Source: Eledone cirrhosa
Lineage: Eukaryota
Reading direction: 5' to 3'
Assembly: GCA_964016885.1 (NCBI GenBank)
Contig: OZ024750.1
Coordinates: 7,626,001 to 7,690,000, forward strand
DNA length: 64,000 nucleotides
Shown here piece by piece: positions 13,353 through 26,428 of the stretch (the first letter of the stretch is position 1; each line of letters begins with the position of its first letter). Both the position numbers and the translations under genes were made by a program. The notes under the pieces were generated by a model. It did not search any database. It saw only the letters and a list, made by a program, of their open reading frames with translations, and was not told the DNA's origin.

Positions 13353-16300
13353 CTAAAACAGAAGATATTTAATAACTGAAATATGAATGATATTTCAAAC
13401 ACAGCTTCAAAGTTTCACTCAAATTACAAGATATACATTAATTTTCTACATGAATGTTAAAAAAGTGACACCGTTCGAAAGCCATCTGGTAAAAGACAAA
13501 AAGAATTCAGATTCGATTTCAACAGTAATTTCAGTTATTACTAGTTACTGAATTTTGTTTTGAGTTTCAGCAAAAGAGAGAATGTATCCTCATTCAAAGA
13601 AAGCTAATCACTTGTGTCGAAGCATAAACATATAAACATTTGAAGCACTTAGTTTATACGCATTAATACAAGAACTGCCAGAGAAAAACGTGACAACTGA
13701 GAACTATACACTTAATGTAATATAGAAGTTTGTTAGAAGAAAAAAAGAACACGTTTTGGCGATAAATTCGAACCCATCACATAACCGAATTTTATAAACC
13801 ATTCATGAATAAAATACAAAGTGAATTCTGGTCAGATGCAATCTCAGAAAGCCTTTTATTTTCCATTCGAACCTTTTAGTTATAAACTAGGATGTAAATT
13901 TGCAATTCAAACCAACACAAATAAAGGTTTTATTCATCCACGACTATGCACGCTTATAAAATGCGTTTGTATTACAACCATGGCTAAGTATTGAACAACG
14001 GGGACTAAAGTAAATAATTTGTTTCCATTTCCAAGATAGAAGAGTCATATTTAAGTGAGATGTGACTTCTATTTCTAGCAAGTCGATCGGCTACGAACAG
14101 GTTCCTTCATTAGCATGCTGAGAATAATAACATGCCATGCAATGGTCATTGAACTAATTTGATTGGAAAAAAACCAGTAATGAAGTGCATATTTAAAGTT
14201 ACCAGCGACCATGTTTATAGATACAGATTGAAAATGATAAAAAGTATGAAATAAAATAAAAATGTGATATTCATAACTTACAATGCATCAATAAAGACAT
14301 AGAAATGTAATAAAATTGTAAAATGTATTTCGATTTCCAATTGTCAGACGATTAAACCCACAAGAGCTATACCAATGGACACGTTTTTCACGAACAAGTT
14401 CCATAGTATTTATTTCAGTAAAGTGGTAACAATTTTATACAACATTTAAAACTAATGAAGTTTGTAATAAACTAATTATATCAATGACCAAATATCCAAT
14501 TCACATTGAAGTTATTGATTATCAGATCATATTTAATATAATCTCCAATTATATTCTACTTTTGTGCTCAGAGTAACATGTATTTAGCTTTGGATGTTAC
14601 TTTTTAAAGAGTATCTTAAACAATCTAATTTAATTAAGTTATAGAAAACTATAATTACAATAGCTTTATAATCTGTAGCCCGATGAATGAATAGCTTCGA
14701 GGATAGAATTGAATACTTCCTTGGAACATTAATGACAGCTTCATAAGTTCTCTAAACGTTATATTTCAGAGACACCATTAATAAGATGTCCTTTTAGTGC
14801 AGTAGCTTTATCAAAATTGATCGAGAAAATGAAAACCGACCGAAGACGAGAGACAGCGCAACCCATTAAAATATACTACTAGCGAATTCATAGAGACAAA
14901 TATCACGTTAAGAAGAACATATTCCTTGTAGCTACTAATTGTGTGTTTACGTTCATGAAAGAAACGCGCTTGAAAAATATTTGGATGCAGAGATTACAGC
15001 GTCACCCCAACACTGAAATTGGCATGTACCTCTATTGGTAACTCTTAGATAAATATTGAACCGATTCTTATACGAAGTTTCTTTTCAATTGAAGTTTCTT
15101 AGTTAAACATGCAGATGTTATTCAAACAATGAAATTGTTTTTCAAAATGCCCAAATTATTGTTTCTGCAGACATTGAAATAAGGAACAGCATATATTTGT
15201 ATAGCAAGAACAAAGAAAACCACGAATAAAGTGAGCAGTAGGCTAAAAATCTAATATATTTACAGCATTTGCTTTAGCGTTCACGCAAAATATTTCATTG
15301 GAAATTTGTTGTAACTCGCTTTATATCATGTAAATAGATCGGAATAAACATGACATTTATAAGACTAATGTTGAATATTTCAGCTTTGATAAAGTAAAAT
15401 AAGTCAAGTGCCATCACTTTTTATACATTTCAGATCAATCCAGAAAATTACCATGTATTTTATCGTAACAGTATTTTTGACGTTACATAGTCAAAGAATA
15501 ATACTCGATAAAGAAAAAAAAAAATTCAATAACTACTGAATATGTTTCGATAACTACGTGGGATTTATGAACGTCAGTAGTTAGAAATGTGTCAGTCATT
15601 CAGGTTTCGGATTTCCATTTCTGCTGAATATGTTAATCATACACAAGGTTATACGACAGGTTATCATCAACACAATATCAACAAAAATATATTTTACTCT
15701 AGAGATACTTTCAGATACTCCGTGTTTGATATCCAATAAAATATCGTATTTATTACGCTGATTCTACTCGTTATCTTTATATTTACTAATGTCATTTGTG
15801 TTTATTGGCAAAAACTAAATATCGAATGCTGCCAATACATTTTTTTTTCTATTTTCTCTATCGTGAATTTTTACGTCAAATTTAATATGTTTTAATTCAT
15901 TCAACCCAACATTATGATGAAATATGCTACAGAATATATTCAAATAAGTGAAAAAAAAAACTAAATCGCTGAAGTTGATCTAGTCATGGGCAATAAAACT
16001 AAGAGGGGGGAATACTTTCGATACAAACACCGAGAACCAAATTTCCTTTGCACAAAAACTAAAATATGTATGAAGAAAGTGATTCCCATGATCAAAGGTA
16101 ATTACTTATTTAATGATAGAGGAGTTACAGTATTGGGTTATGCCGTGATTTGCTTAAAACCCTAATTATTCCACATCCAAGGCAGAGAGTTATTGAAACG
16201 AAACAATATTGGATTAAATACTGTATTTTAATACATCAATGTCTTTGCTCAAATACCAGTGTGATTTAATTTGTGCTTCATTTCTCTTCGGTAAAATAAG

Positions 16301-16877
16301 TATCAGTTCAATCCACTAATGACCCTGCAGAGTTAGCTTTAAGTAAATATTTAGTAGCGAGCGTTATAAAATTTTGAATCTAGTTTGAATTTATTTAAGT
16401 CTATGTCTCGCATACATCCAATAAAAGCCGGAAAAAGCAGACACGATTATAAGATAGGATAAAATAAATAAAATTCAAAAATCAAAATAGATGATTAATT
16501 AATAAGAGTGGGAATATGTTTTAATCTAACTTTACCTACCACTGTTACACGCTCAAATCTCGATACAGCTTAAAATCTGTATCAGTTGTACATATGACTA
16601 CATTAAACGTTTTACAGTCCTTACGATAAAAAAAGTAGATTTATGGATAGGCTCATCTGCAGCACACAAACAAATGCATATGATTTCGAACATTAGCATA
16701 AATCTATTGAGATGAATATAGCTGAATACGTTAACAGTACTTGAATGGTACCTATTGACTCCAAACCTATGCGTGGTTACATTCCAGTGAAGGGCTGTTG
16801 AATCCCAGGGTAAAGAAAATTGAATACTACCTGGCATCCACACCACATTCCTACACAGGAATACAAAATAAATTTAC

Positions 16878-16992
16878 CTTCAGTCATCAATATTGTTTCC
16901 AATTCTCCTGAACATAAACCTTTTTCTATGGAAATGTCATCGAGGGCGATATATCCATGTTTCCCATTCATAATTGCTCCCCAAATAGCCAC
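16878..16992 (-). CDS. Astacin gene exon 16 (MAM1 end)
   Basis: VAIWGAIMNGKHGYIALDDISIEKGLCS.., the MAM C-terminal IALDDI..G.C signature. Confidence 0.92.
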
Positions 16993-17434
16993 CTGAAATA
17001 TAATATATATATATACATATTCATATATATACATATATATTGTAGTTTGTAAAATTCACCTACTTTTCAAATTGGGTTAACCCGACACTACCAGAAAGGT
17101 CAACTTCATATCAAAATGTTTCTGGGTTCCTAAATATAATATCTGAACCGATGTAGAAAACTTGCTCCTAAGCAAGCCTGAAGCCATAAAAAGCAGGCGT
17201 ATTTTACATTGCGCAAATACATCTTCATCGACTTATTACCGAGAGGGTCGTGGAGGCAGAGTCCTCAAACACTCCTTTCAGCGGATACTGTCAGAATCAA
17301 CAGTTTCCAACTGATCCGGTTGGATCTCCAACCTTTCTGAAATGTGTGGGCGAAGAAGATAAATTTAACCCTTCTTTACAAAAAAAAAAAAAGAAAAGAA
17401 AAAGCGCTCTTAAGAACACTAAAGAAATACTTAC

Positions 17435-17610
17435 TTTAAAGTCTTTTTCAGAGACAACAAATAACTCGTATTTTTGCCACATATTTGTTGATTCTACGAG
17501 AGCAACCGGCTCTGACCTTTCAGTTTTAGTAGAATAGCTTAGAAACAAACGATAATAAGCACCCGCTTCCGCTCGGATTATGTAATAGAGACGGATACAT
17601 TTACGACCAC
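17435..17610 (-). CDS. Astacin gene exon 15 (MAM1)
   Basis: GRKCIRLYYI..TNMWQKYELFVVSEKDFK; GTAAGT donor. Confidence 0.9.
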
Positions 17611-18050
17611 CTGTAAAGATATTGAAACATTTAGTATTTTTATATAGTCATCTAAAAAGGTAACTGGATGTGATAATATTTAATACTTGCTCTGCAGAGT
17701 TAGCTTTAAGAAAATATTTTGCAGCCGGCAGCGAGCGTTATAAACTGTAGAATCTAGGTTGAATATACTTAAGCCTCTATGTCTCGTATACATATAAGAA
17801 AAGCCGGAAAGTGATATATTTATTGTCTCCTTCAGGTTTCAAGAAGGTATTCAATGAATAATCTCACACCGGGGTTGCAGGGCGAGTACTAAAAATCAAG
17901 GTGTCAAAATTCAACCACTCTAACTTAATATCGAAGTAGTCAACTTTGAGTGCGTATTTCAAAGCAAAGAATCGTCGAGTAAAACTTCAAAATTATTTCT
18001 GAAATTTGGACCGCAATTACATTTTAAAACAGTTGAAAAAAAGAACGTAC

Positions 18051-18168
18051 CCGGAATCATTCGACTTTCTAGGACACCATCAATGTTTCCAGGAGTAGTA
18101 GCTGGTTTCAAGTAAATGTACTTTTCTGAAAATCTGTGACCTTTTAACTCTTTCACACCTTTGACATC
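18051..18168 (-). CDS. Astacin gene exon 14 (MAM1)
   Basis: DVKGVKELKGHRFSEKYIYLKP..GVLESRMIP; TTTTTCAG acceptor, GTACGT donor. Confidence 0.88.
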
Positions 18169-18983
18169 CTGAAAAATCAATCAAACCCGAAGGAAATATT
18201 GGCTTCCTTATGAGAATATACTGTCATGTGGAGAGGAAACTGCACTAGGACTTTACGAAAGTATATTTTACTAGGAATAAAGGAAGTATTCTATTTCCGA
18301 TTGGAAGGATAAATGTAGCCTCTAATACACGGAGAAAGCTTTATGGAGCAATATTAAAAAGGGGATAATTTGATAAGTTCTGAATAGGTTTCATGTCAAA
18401 CTGAGGAGAGGTGATTATATATACTTTTGTCCAAACCTATGATCAAAGGCGTTCCATTTATGAGCATCCATCCTTTTTGTATATGGATGGGTATGGTTCA
18501 ACGAAGATTTGTTTATTTCTAAGAGTTTCAGCGACACTGTAGGACGCCATGATGTAACATTGTTAACAATGAAAGCGACATCTAAATGTATTAAACTTTG
18601 GAACGTTCCTTCAGACAATCCTAGGAGGCGAAGAATTTAACGACGGCTCTACGAAGCTAATTTGTTCCAGAACGATTATGTAACAGGCGAGAATCGTCAG
18701 CTATATATTGAGAATTCTAAAGTTGTCATTACTCAACCGATTAAAACAATTATTTAAAATGAGCTATTAAAAAGAAAATTCAGGGCATAAGATTCAAGAA
18801 GTAACAATTCCTCTAAACTTGGAATATCATTATAAAGATCAGTAGGACGACTGTTTTTAAAACATCAAATCTCACATTGAAACAAAACAATTACTTTTGT
18901 AACCAAAAGGTTGCATAGCTGCATCTCACTCTAAATTGTATTTTATATAATCCGACATTAATGACGAAGTATTCCATGTTTAA

Positions 18984-19196
18984 CCCTTTAACATTTAAAC
19001 GCCATATCCGGCCAGAACTATCTCACCTCTTTCTGTTCAAACCGGCCGTATCTGACCACTCATACTTACATTAATGTATCGTTCTCAAAATAATCAAAAT
19101 CTCGAAAATTTGATATTACTTGAGATAATTATGCAAGATAAAGCCTTTACTGTGAAAATAGAATAGTATATATAGAATAATGTAAATGCTAAAGGG
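18984..19196. mobile_element. piggyBac-type MITE
   Basis: TTAA TSD on both sides; TIRs CCCTTTAACATTTA / TAAATGCTAAAGGG (13/14 match). Confidence 0.85.
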
Positions 19197-19795
19197 TTAA
19201 TATGGAATGAACAAGATTTAGCCTTATAAAAATATAAGTTCTTGAGTTCGATTCCCGACGGCATTTTGTGTCCTTGAGCAAGATTATTTCAGGTTACTCC
19301 AGTTCAATCAACTAACACGAGTTGCACATGGAATTCGATGTGTTAGCCACGCGTTACTATGTCTTAAATTCTAACCTCGTACATCTGATGAAAGTTAGAT
19401 ATTTATATATTTAACGACATGAGAATTTGAAATGTCAAATAGTCGACAACCAATTGAACTGGTAAAAAATTAAGTAATGAAAAAAAAAATGAGGGGTAAA
19501 GAAGGGCAGATCTGGCTGTATAGAAAAGTATAGAAGACTATAAATTCCATAATCGAGAAAGGTGGGAGGCAGCGGAAGAAATATGAGGGTGGGGGGGGGG
19601 GGGGACTGGGTAAAATACGTCGATATTAGTGACAATTATATTAATGTGTAAACGTTTAGCCGTTAGTTCCGACTCAGAAGGAAGTGAGATAACATCTAAT
19701 TTGCAAACAGGAAAAGAGAATCAGATTGTATATTTTTGTTACAGTTTAGTTCATCTAATAAATAAAACGATTTGAAAGAGTTTATAAGTACTCAC

Positions 19796-19884
19796 AGAAG
19801 ATATCAACCATTTATCGAAGCCGCCAATTTGATTAAAGACGCAAAAGTCATTCCCAAGTTCAAAAGTGCAGTTAATATCAGCAT
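19796..19884 (-). CDS. Astacin gene exon 13 (MAM1 start)
   Basis: DADINCTFELGNDFCVFNQIGGFDKWLISS (CxFE..C..W); GTGAGT donor. Confidence 0.9.
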
Positions 19885-20155
19885 CTTTAAGAAAATTGGT
19901 TTTACGAGATATGCAGAAAATTAAACAGTTCGAGATAATTGCTTAAAATTTATAAATATTTAAAATCAGCAACAAGTAGTAATACCAGTGAATTATTTTA
20001 TTAATCTTTCGTATTTGGCTTAGCTACTGATTTTTAAAAGAGGTTTATGTTATGATTGTTTTGAAAAACGTAAACGCAATCTGAAAATTTTCATAGGAAA
20101 ACTTGGTAATTTCTTAAACTAGAAATTATTCAAATTATATTCAAGAAAATTTTAC

Positions 20156-20289
20156 CGTATTCGGTCAATATGGACAACTTCACATTAAAAGCAGCCTTAT
20201 CCAGATCCTTCGAAGATTCTAGAACAAACATAGCAACGTTTCCAGTTGTATTAAATAAATGATTTATCTTTCCGTTTAAGCCACAGAAT
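20156..20289 (-). CDS. Astacin gene exon 12 (CUB, end)
   Basis: FCGLNGKINHLFNTTGNVAMFVLES..AFNVKLSILTEY; phase 2/1. Confidence 0.9.
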
Positions 20290-20678
20290 CTAAAAACAAA
20301 GAGCAAGAGAAAATATACAAAACATACAAAATGTTATTTATCAAATACATTATAGTTAACATGGAGTCTATGATGTCACTAGAATTTGCTAGAAATAGCT
20401 AACTTTCTTTGCATTAAAAAGCTGTTTCCAACCAGGAAGGATGCATAAGGTGATGTACTTGATATACAATGACATGCCTTTGTTCAAATATTCGTTCAAT
20501 CAGGTTTAACCCGTGGTTCAACACCCGTAATCAGTTTAAAATGTATGCATCACTTAGCTCATGCTACGGACCAGTGTTAACCTTGGCTGAATATTGTTAG
20601 CAATACATGCATCGGTGATAGATATGCTCGACTATGTTGTATTGGTAGAAAAAAACAGACTATGATACAAGCGTAATA

Positions 20679-20866
20679 ATTGTTTCTACTTTTGGTACAA
20701 GGCCAGCAATTATCCCAATGTATTACTGGTGCTTTATGTTATCGACCCCGTAAGGATGAAAGGCAAAGTTAACCTCGGCGGGATTTGAACTCAGACTATA
20801 AAGGACCATAACTATACTGCAAAGCATGGCGTCTGACCCTCTACCGATACTGCCAATCCACTGCCC
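20679..20866 (-). mobile_element. SINE family A (short-tail variant)
   Basis: Full-length copy with A/B boxes on the minus strand. Confidence 0.88.
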
Positions 20867-21243
20867 TAATACTCTAATAATGTTTAAATATTTTCTACAT
20901 AAATCAATACATTTATTGCTTAATGTTTGTATTGCATTTCCTGAGATGCTGCAGCTAAATTGAATATATAATTACGAATTCTATGTCTTCTAAAGTTAGT
21001 AAACTTTAAACATTTAAAATTTTCTGAAACATTCTCAATCTTTCCATCGAAAATGAAAGTTCATTTCAGTGCAGACGATTAAAATATTTAGTGAATACCT
21101 TTAGTTCTTTAGAAATAACATTCTGAAATCAAAAGCTGAATTCTAAGAATTGTTTTCTTAGAAAAAAGTTAAACATTTCAAAAAGGTAACGTTTACAAAT
21201 AAATGCAAGTCAGTCAGGTTGCATCTAAATAAACAATTCTTAC

Positions 21244-21360
21244 CTTGGACCATTCTGTCCAATTAAATTATATCTAATTTCAAGCCACTGCACACAAATA
21301 TAGCGCGTCTTTGTTAGATTTAGATGTTCTATTGCAAATTTCATTCGAGTTAAAGATGGG

Positions 21361-21362
<2 letters not shown>
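21244..21362 (-). CDS. Astacin gene exon 11 (CUB, middle)
   Basis: SPSLTRMKFAIEHLNL..ICVQWLEIRYNLIGQNGPR; poly-T acceptor, GTAAGA donor. Confidence 0.92.
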
Positions 21363-21391
<29 letters not shown>

Positions 21392-21624
21392 CAATATGTT
21401 GTTAATGTTTAAAGCAAAAAAAGTAAATGTACTTCATATAGAAACATCTTTTATAAAAATAATTCCCTACATACAATGTTTATATTGCCTATAAAAAGGC
21501 TAAATATATTTTACCTGTTAATAATCGTTTTTCTAGGACAAGTGCGGTAGCGCACAGAAATTAATAACTCCAACTAAACTTTATCGATTGTTAAATATTT
21601 GAACTGTTAAATATTATCTAAATA

Positions 21625-21776
21625 AGGCGGTGATTTGGCAGTATCGGTAGAGGGTCGGACATGCTTTCCAGCATAGTTACGTCCCTTTACGATCCGAGTT
21701 CAAATCCCACCGAAGTTAACTCATCCCTAAAATAAAGTACTGGGTAATTGCTGGCATTGTGCCAAAAGTAAAAACA
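21625..21776 (+). mobile_element. SINE family A, internally deleted, with 12-bp TSD
   Basis: A/B boxes; TSD ATTATCTAAATA at 21613-21624 and 21777-21788. Confidence 0.85.
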
Positions 21777-22098
21777 ATTATCTAAATATTAAATCTTACA
21801 TATTTTAACATCTTATCAGTAAAATGAAATGGATCATTACAAAAAAGAAAAGTGCACACAAGTATACTGGATATTCATATACAAGCGTGCAAACACTGTC
21901 AAAGAGATAAAAACAAGATCAATTCATATTTGATAGGACCAAAACCGTAGGATATTAGAATCCTAACTACACAATATTACATCAACAAACAATTGTGGTG
22001 TAAGAGATTTAATCCTATTTCGAAATATTTATATTTCAACGAGATCTGAAGAGAAGTGTCTTTATATTTATATATTTCTCAAAAACATTTGAACATAC

Positions 22099-22202
22099 CT
22101 GAATTAACCAAATGCATCGCTTGGCCTTGACGTTCAAAGAAGAGTCGAAATTTATCTGTGCGTGAGGATTTTTAAAATTCAAAGAAAGGAAACCACCACA
22201 TT
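22099..22202 (-). CDS. Astacin gene exon 10 (CUB, first part)
   Basis: ECGGFLSLNFKNPHAQINF..KRCIWLIQ; GTATGT donor. Confidence 0.92.
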
Positions 22203-22741
22203 CTACAAAAGAATATATCAAAATTAATCAAAATACACGAGAACTATTTTATAAAATACAAAACAAAACCAAAACACGTTTAAGATTTTTAAATGAGGTG
22301 TTGATATAAAAAAAAAAAAAAAAAAAAAAAAAAATCAATAATCTCTGTACAATTATGTAATATCGAATATGATTTAGAATGTGTTATAAATATACTGAGA
22401 TAATTTCACTAATAAATGCAAGCAATCAATGGAATGTTGAACGACAGATACAAAGTAGTGATTTGTAATGTCCAAGAAACTAGCTATGATTGTAAAGCAA
22501 AGTAAACCTAATTTATTGGTATTGTATCTTTCATTAATATTTCCAAGATATATTTGGGCGCACTAGGTCTTGCTTTCATACAAACAAAAACATTTGTACT
22601 TTCACCTCTAGAACTAGCTTCATCGTATGTTATATTAACATTAAGTTTGAAACTTAACCTCATGCATTAATCTCTTGAGTACAGGGCCTAGATGTTATTA
22701 ATTATGAATAGCCCATCTGGCAATAAAACAATTTAGGATAT

Positions 22742-22926
22742 AAGATCTGCCAACCTCTAAAACCCCAAACGGAGTACCATGAAAAAAAAAAGAGCCCCAA
22801 AACGGAGAGAAATGTGACAAAACTGGGAGATTTTACATAATGAATACTATATCCAGAAAACATCTCTCACCCATACCAAAGTGGGTGGGAGATCTCACCG
22901 TCGGGCGTGGAGAGTCGACAGGTCTG
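22742..22926. mobile_element. Degenerate hAT-like MITE
   Basis: Ends AGATCTGCCAACCTCT and GAGAGTCGACAGGTCTG are imperfect inverted repeats of the CAGACCTGCCAAC type. Confidence 0.45.
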
Positions 22927-23468
22927 GGATATATTCATGTGTGTGTATAAAGTAAAACTTATGAAGGCGTAATGTAATAACATCCACAATCAAACTGAAA
23001 TCTCTACAGAATTATAAATATGTTTGTTCTCACATTACAAACAAAATCTAAATTGCAAGAGTCATCGTGTGTCTGATGCAATCTATTAACATTTTATTTT
23101 TGTTGACTTAAAAGTAAGAGATCTATTTTAAATGTTTTCAAACCAATTCCCACAAGTCAGTCCTATTACAATAAATAAATTATTTCTCGACTTGAAATAT
23201 ATTCCATTAATACTAAAAAATTACAAAAGCATATTTAAGAAAAATATTTAACAAATGTCAATAACAGTAAAATCTTTTGTTCCGTAATAAGTTGTTGCAG
23301 CAAAAACGAAACGAAAAGAACAAAAGATGGCTATAAGATACAAAACATTTCAACCTTATATGGAAGGTACTGATTTAATTGCTTTGAACTCTCGACCTTA
23401 AAAAACATTTGAAAGATTCCAAATAAAAAACGGAAAACTTAAATATTGAAAAAAAAAATTATACAAAC

Positions 23469-23588
23469 CGCCTTCACTTTCCACTTTCGAACAGTCGGCA
23501 CCTTTTAATCCACTGGGGCAGTAACATTTACAGCTTTTGTCAATATAGCCATCAAACTTGCAAGATTTTAATGGTGGTTCACACGAAT
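23469..23588 (-). CDS. Astacin gene exon 9 (EGF-like domain)
   Basis: DSCEPPLKSCKFDGYIDKSCKCYCPSGLKGADCSKVESEG; six Cys in EGF-like spacing; phase 1/1. Confidence 0.92.
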
Positions 23589-24569
23589 CTTGAAAATAAA
23601 TGGTTGGTATTATATTTACAATATGTTAAACGAGAAGTTAAACGAGAAGTTAAAAAGTTGGACAGATTGCAGGAACGCAGCATATATCGGGATGAATAGA
23701 AATTATATAAGAAAGAAATGAGCTGAGGAGACCCATATATTCTGCTCTACAGTAGAGTATTAAATGCATCACATGAACAAAAACTTCATTCATAGGTCAC
23801 GTTTATAGCTTGTCAACGACCAGTTTTAATAATACTGAACCAAACGCAAGTTCGATAATCAAACGCTTTCACCATATACAAATCTTCACTAAAATCCTAT
23901 CAATGATTTCTTGAGATATTAATTGAATTTAGAAATCACGGTGAACTTAAATGAAGATGGATTAAGAACACAGCAGATTGGTTTTATCTGAACAACTGGA
24001 CCATAAACTTTACCACCATAAAACTATACTACATTGCCTCAACGTAAGAAGGCATGCAATTGAAAATATGGAAACAGCATTGCTGTGATGTCAAAGCTTT
24101 TACGAATTCTTCATAGCAGCTTTTACAAAATCTACACAAATCATATGCTAATTTACGTTAAAGTGTTAAAATCTATTACCATATGAAATATCGGCAGGTT
24201 TGGAATTTATTAATGTTCCATACATCAAATCAAATCTAACATTTACAAATGTAAATATTTTGACGTTTACATTTAAGTTAAGCTCTGTCAATATCAATGG
24301 AAATTTGTAAAGAATATATTAAACTAAAAAGATTTTTATAAAACATTTAAACATTTTAATTAACTTCGCCGTTTCTCAAACCTGGCGAGTTCAATATGGT
24401 TGATGTTCAGCTTGATAACAGTACATTGACAACTGAAGGAAGTAAGAGACAATAGGAAGGACAACTGAAAGGATGTGAAAGATCCAGGGGTGACAAGTGA
24501 AGGATGTGAAAGTTCCCAGGAGTGACACGCTCTGATAAGCTGAGCTGAGCTTGAGTATATATGTGTATG

Positions 24570-24618
<49 letters not shown>

Positions 24619-24993
24619 GAATCTGGGGATATATAATATAATTAACAAGGAAGAGAACTTAATGTTTTAATGAGGTGGCACTCAAGCAATTAGCATAGAG
24701 AGAAAGAGAAAACGAGAAAGAACGAGAGAGAGAAAGAGAACCGTTTCCTAAGATACACTTCCAAAAACAAAAATAAATTCAATTTTCTACACTAAATATA
24801 ACTGCCAATTCTATTTAGTAAAAACAATACATTATCGAAATGGGGGTAAAAAAAACAAAACAAAAACTGCGACTTAATATTTTATATCTATGTCATAATA
24901 GTTATTTGAATGCTACTTTATCAGACAACGTAGTATAGGAAATGCATAAGTATGTGTGAAGATTTTTAACTGCGAATAGACATTGAAACGTAC

Positions 24994-25120
24994 CAGAACA
25001 CTCGTAAAATAGGTTGACAGATTTCCTATCATAAAAGGATAGTCCAGCTCTTTGACCAAGAAGAAAGAGAAGGTGCTCATCTTTTGAAGTGACAGTGTTT
25101 TTGAAGTTCTTACTGTATGC
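24994..25120 (-). CDS. Astacin gene exon 8 (end of catalytic domain)
   Basis: AYSKNFKNTVTSKDEHLLFLLGQRAGLSFYDRKSVNLFYECS; TTTACAG acceptor, GTACGT donor. Confidence 0.94.
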
Positions 25121-26143
25121 CTGTAAATTAAGGACAATTCAACATCAGACATATGGTTGAGATAACCTTATAATATCAACGAAGAAAAAATATGTGTGTG
25201 GACAGAGACAAAGAGATGAATAACATTTAGAGAAATTCCAATCGATGTTTAATGGCATTATAGGAACAACAAATGAATTACATTAGGCGAGATAATATAG
25301 ATGACCAATACACAAACATGATACTCAGAAAAATAGTTTTACTTATTTTAATTAATAAATTATGAATTTTTGATCTGAAGAAATATGGCCTGGAATTGAT
25401 CAAACGTTGTAAGAAGAAAAACTATATAAGAAAGCAACCTTTTTTTGTTTTGAATACAACGAACGAAGTGAAATAAAAGCTTTCGCCGTATATTGACTAA
25501 AAGAAAATGAACCAGATAGTGGAGTTGTATAAGAATTATTATAATTGATATAAAAAAATATAAAATGAGTGGAATATTTTAGTGAATATTTAAAGCCAGG
25601 AAATAATTTTACAATCGGAATAATATATAGATAGTTACATTTTATTTAAAAAGATTCAGATTATTGATTAGATTTGCGATCAGTATGACCATTAGTAATA
25701 ATTAGTCATTTGGCTTCAGAGAGGATACCATATAAACTGAATGACTTCATGTCAATAGTATCGAAAGACAATTTTAAAGTGTAATTGCATGTTTTCATAC
25801 TGTAAAAGACACTAAGAAGTTGACAGTATCGCAGTGCAATTAAGCAGCTAAAGTCTAGGACTATCAGGAACTAGTCTCAAACTATAATGAAGTAAGCCAT
25901 AGAATTAGTCAGACATAAGTAATCAGGAATGAAAACATGGGTAATCATTTCGTAAATTAGTAGCATACATGTCATATCAAAAGGCTATTTTACAGAAATA
26001 AGATAGATCAAGAAAGTAGGATCTATCACACCCACTCACCCAGCCTGTGAGAGAAATGTTCATTAAATGTGTTGAGCATGAAAACTAAAGTCATCTGCTA
26101 AGAGTACACTTGATTTCAAATTAACTCATTACTTACGACATGT

Positions 26144-26148
<5 letters not shown>

Positions 26149-26229
<81 letters not shown>
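26149..26229. repeat. (TA)n microsatellite, ~80 bp (one of many)
   Basis: Pure TA run. Confidence 0.95.
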
Positions 26230-26230
<1 letters not shown>

Positions 26231-26428
26231 CAATATACCGCATGTTTCATTTCAAACATTTAGAAGACCATACGCTATCATTTTTAAAGTAGTGACTATG
26301 TCATTCTTTTCGGCGAAAGAGGGGAGAGAAGCCGACACTTTTCGGCGAAAGAAGTAAGTGACAGTCACTACTTCAAAAATGATAGCGTATGGTCTAAATT
26401 CTATTTAATTTAACATACGGTATATTGC
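26230..26428. mobile_element. Fold-back/MITE-like element with ~70-bp imperfect inverted arms; related sequence at 52860-53020
   Basis: GCAATATACCG..AGACCATACGCTATCATTTTT..AAGTAGTGACT / AGTCACTACTT..AAAAATGATAGCGTATGGTCT..CGGTATATTGC. Confidence 0.7.

Larger units (their letters stand above)
16325..17810 (+). repeat. Dispersed ~115-bp direct repeat pair (16325-16435 and 17692-17810) in astacin introns
   Basis: Both read CTGCAGAGTTAGCTTTAAG..AGCGAGCGTTATAAA..GAATCTAG..CTATGTCTCG..AAAAGCCGGAAA. Confidence 0.75.
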
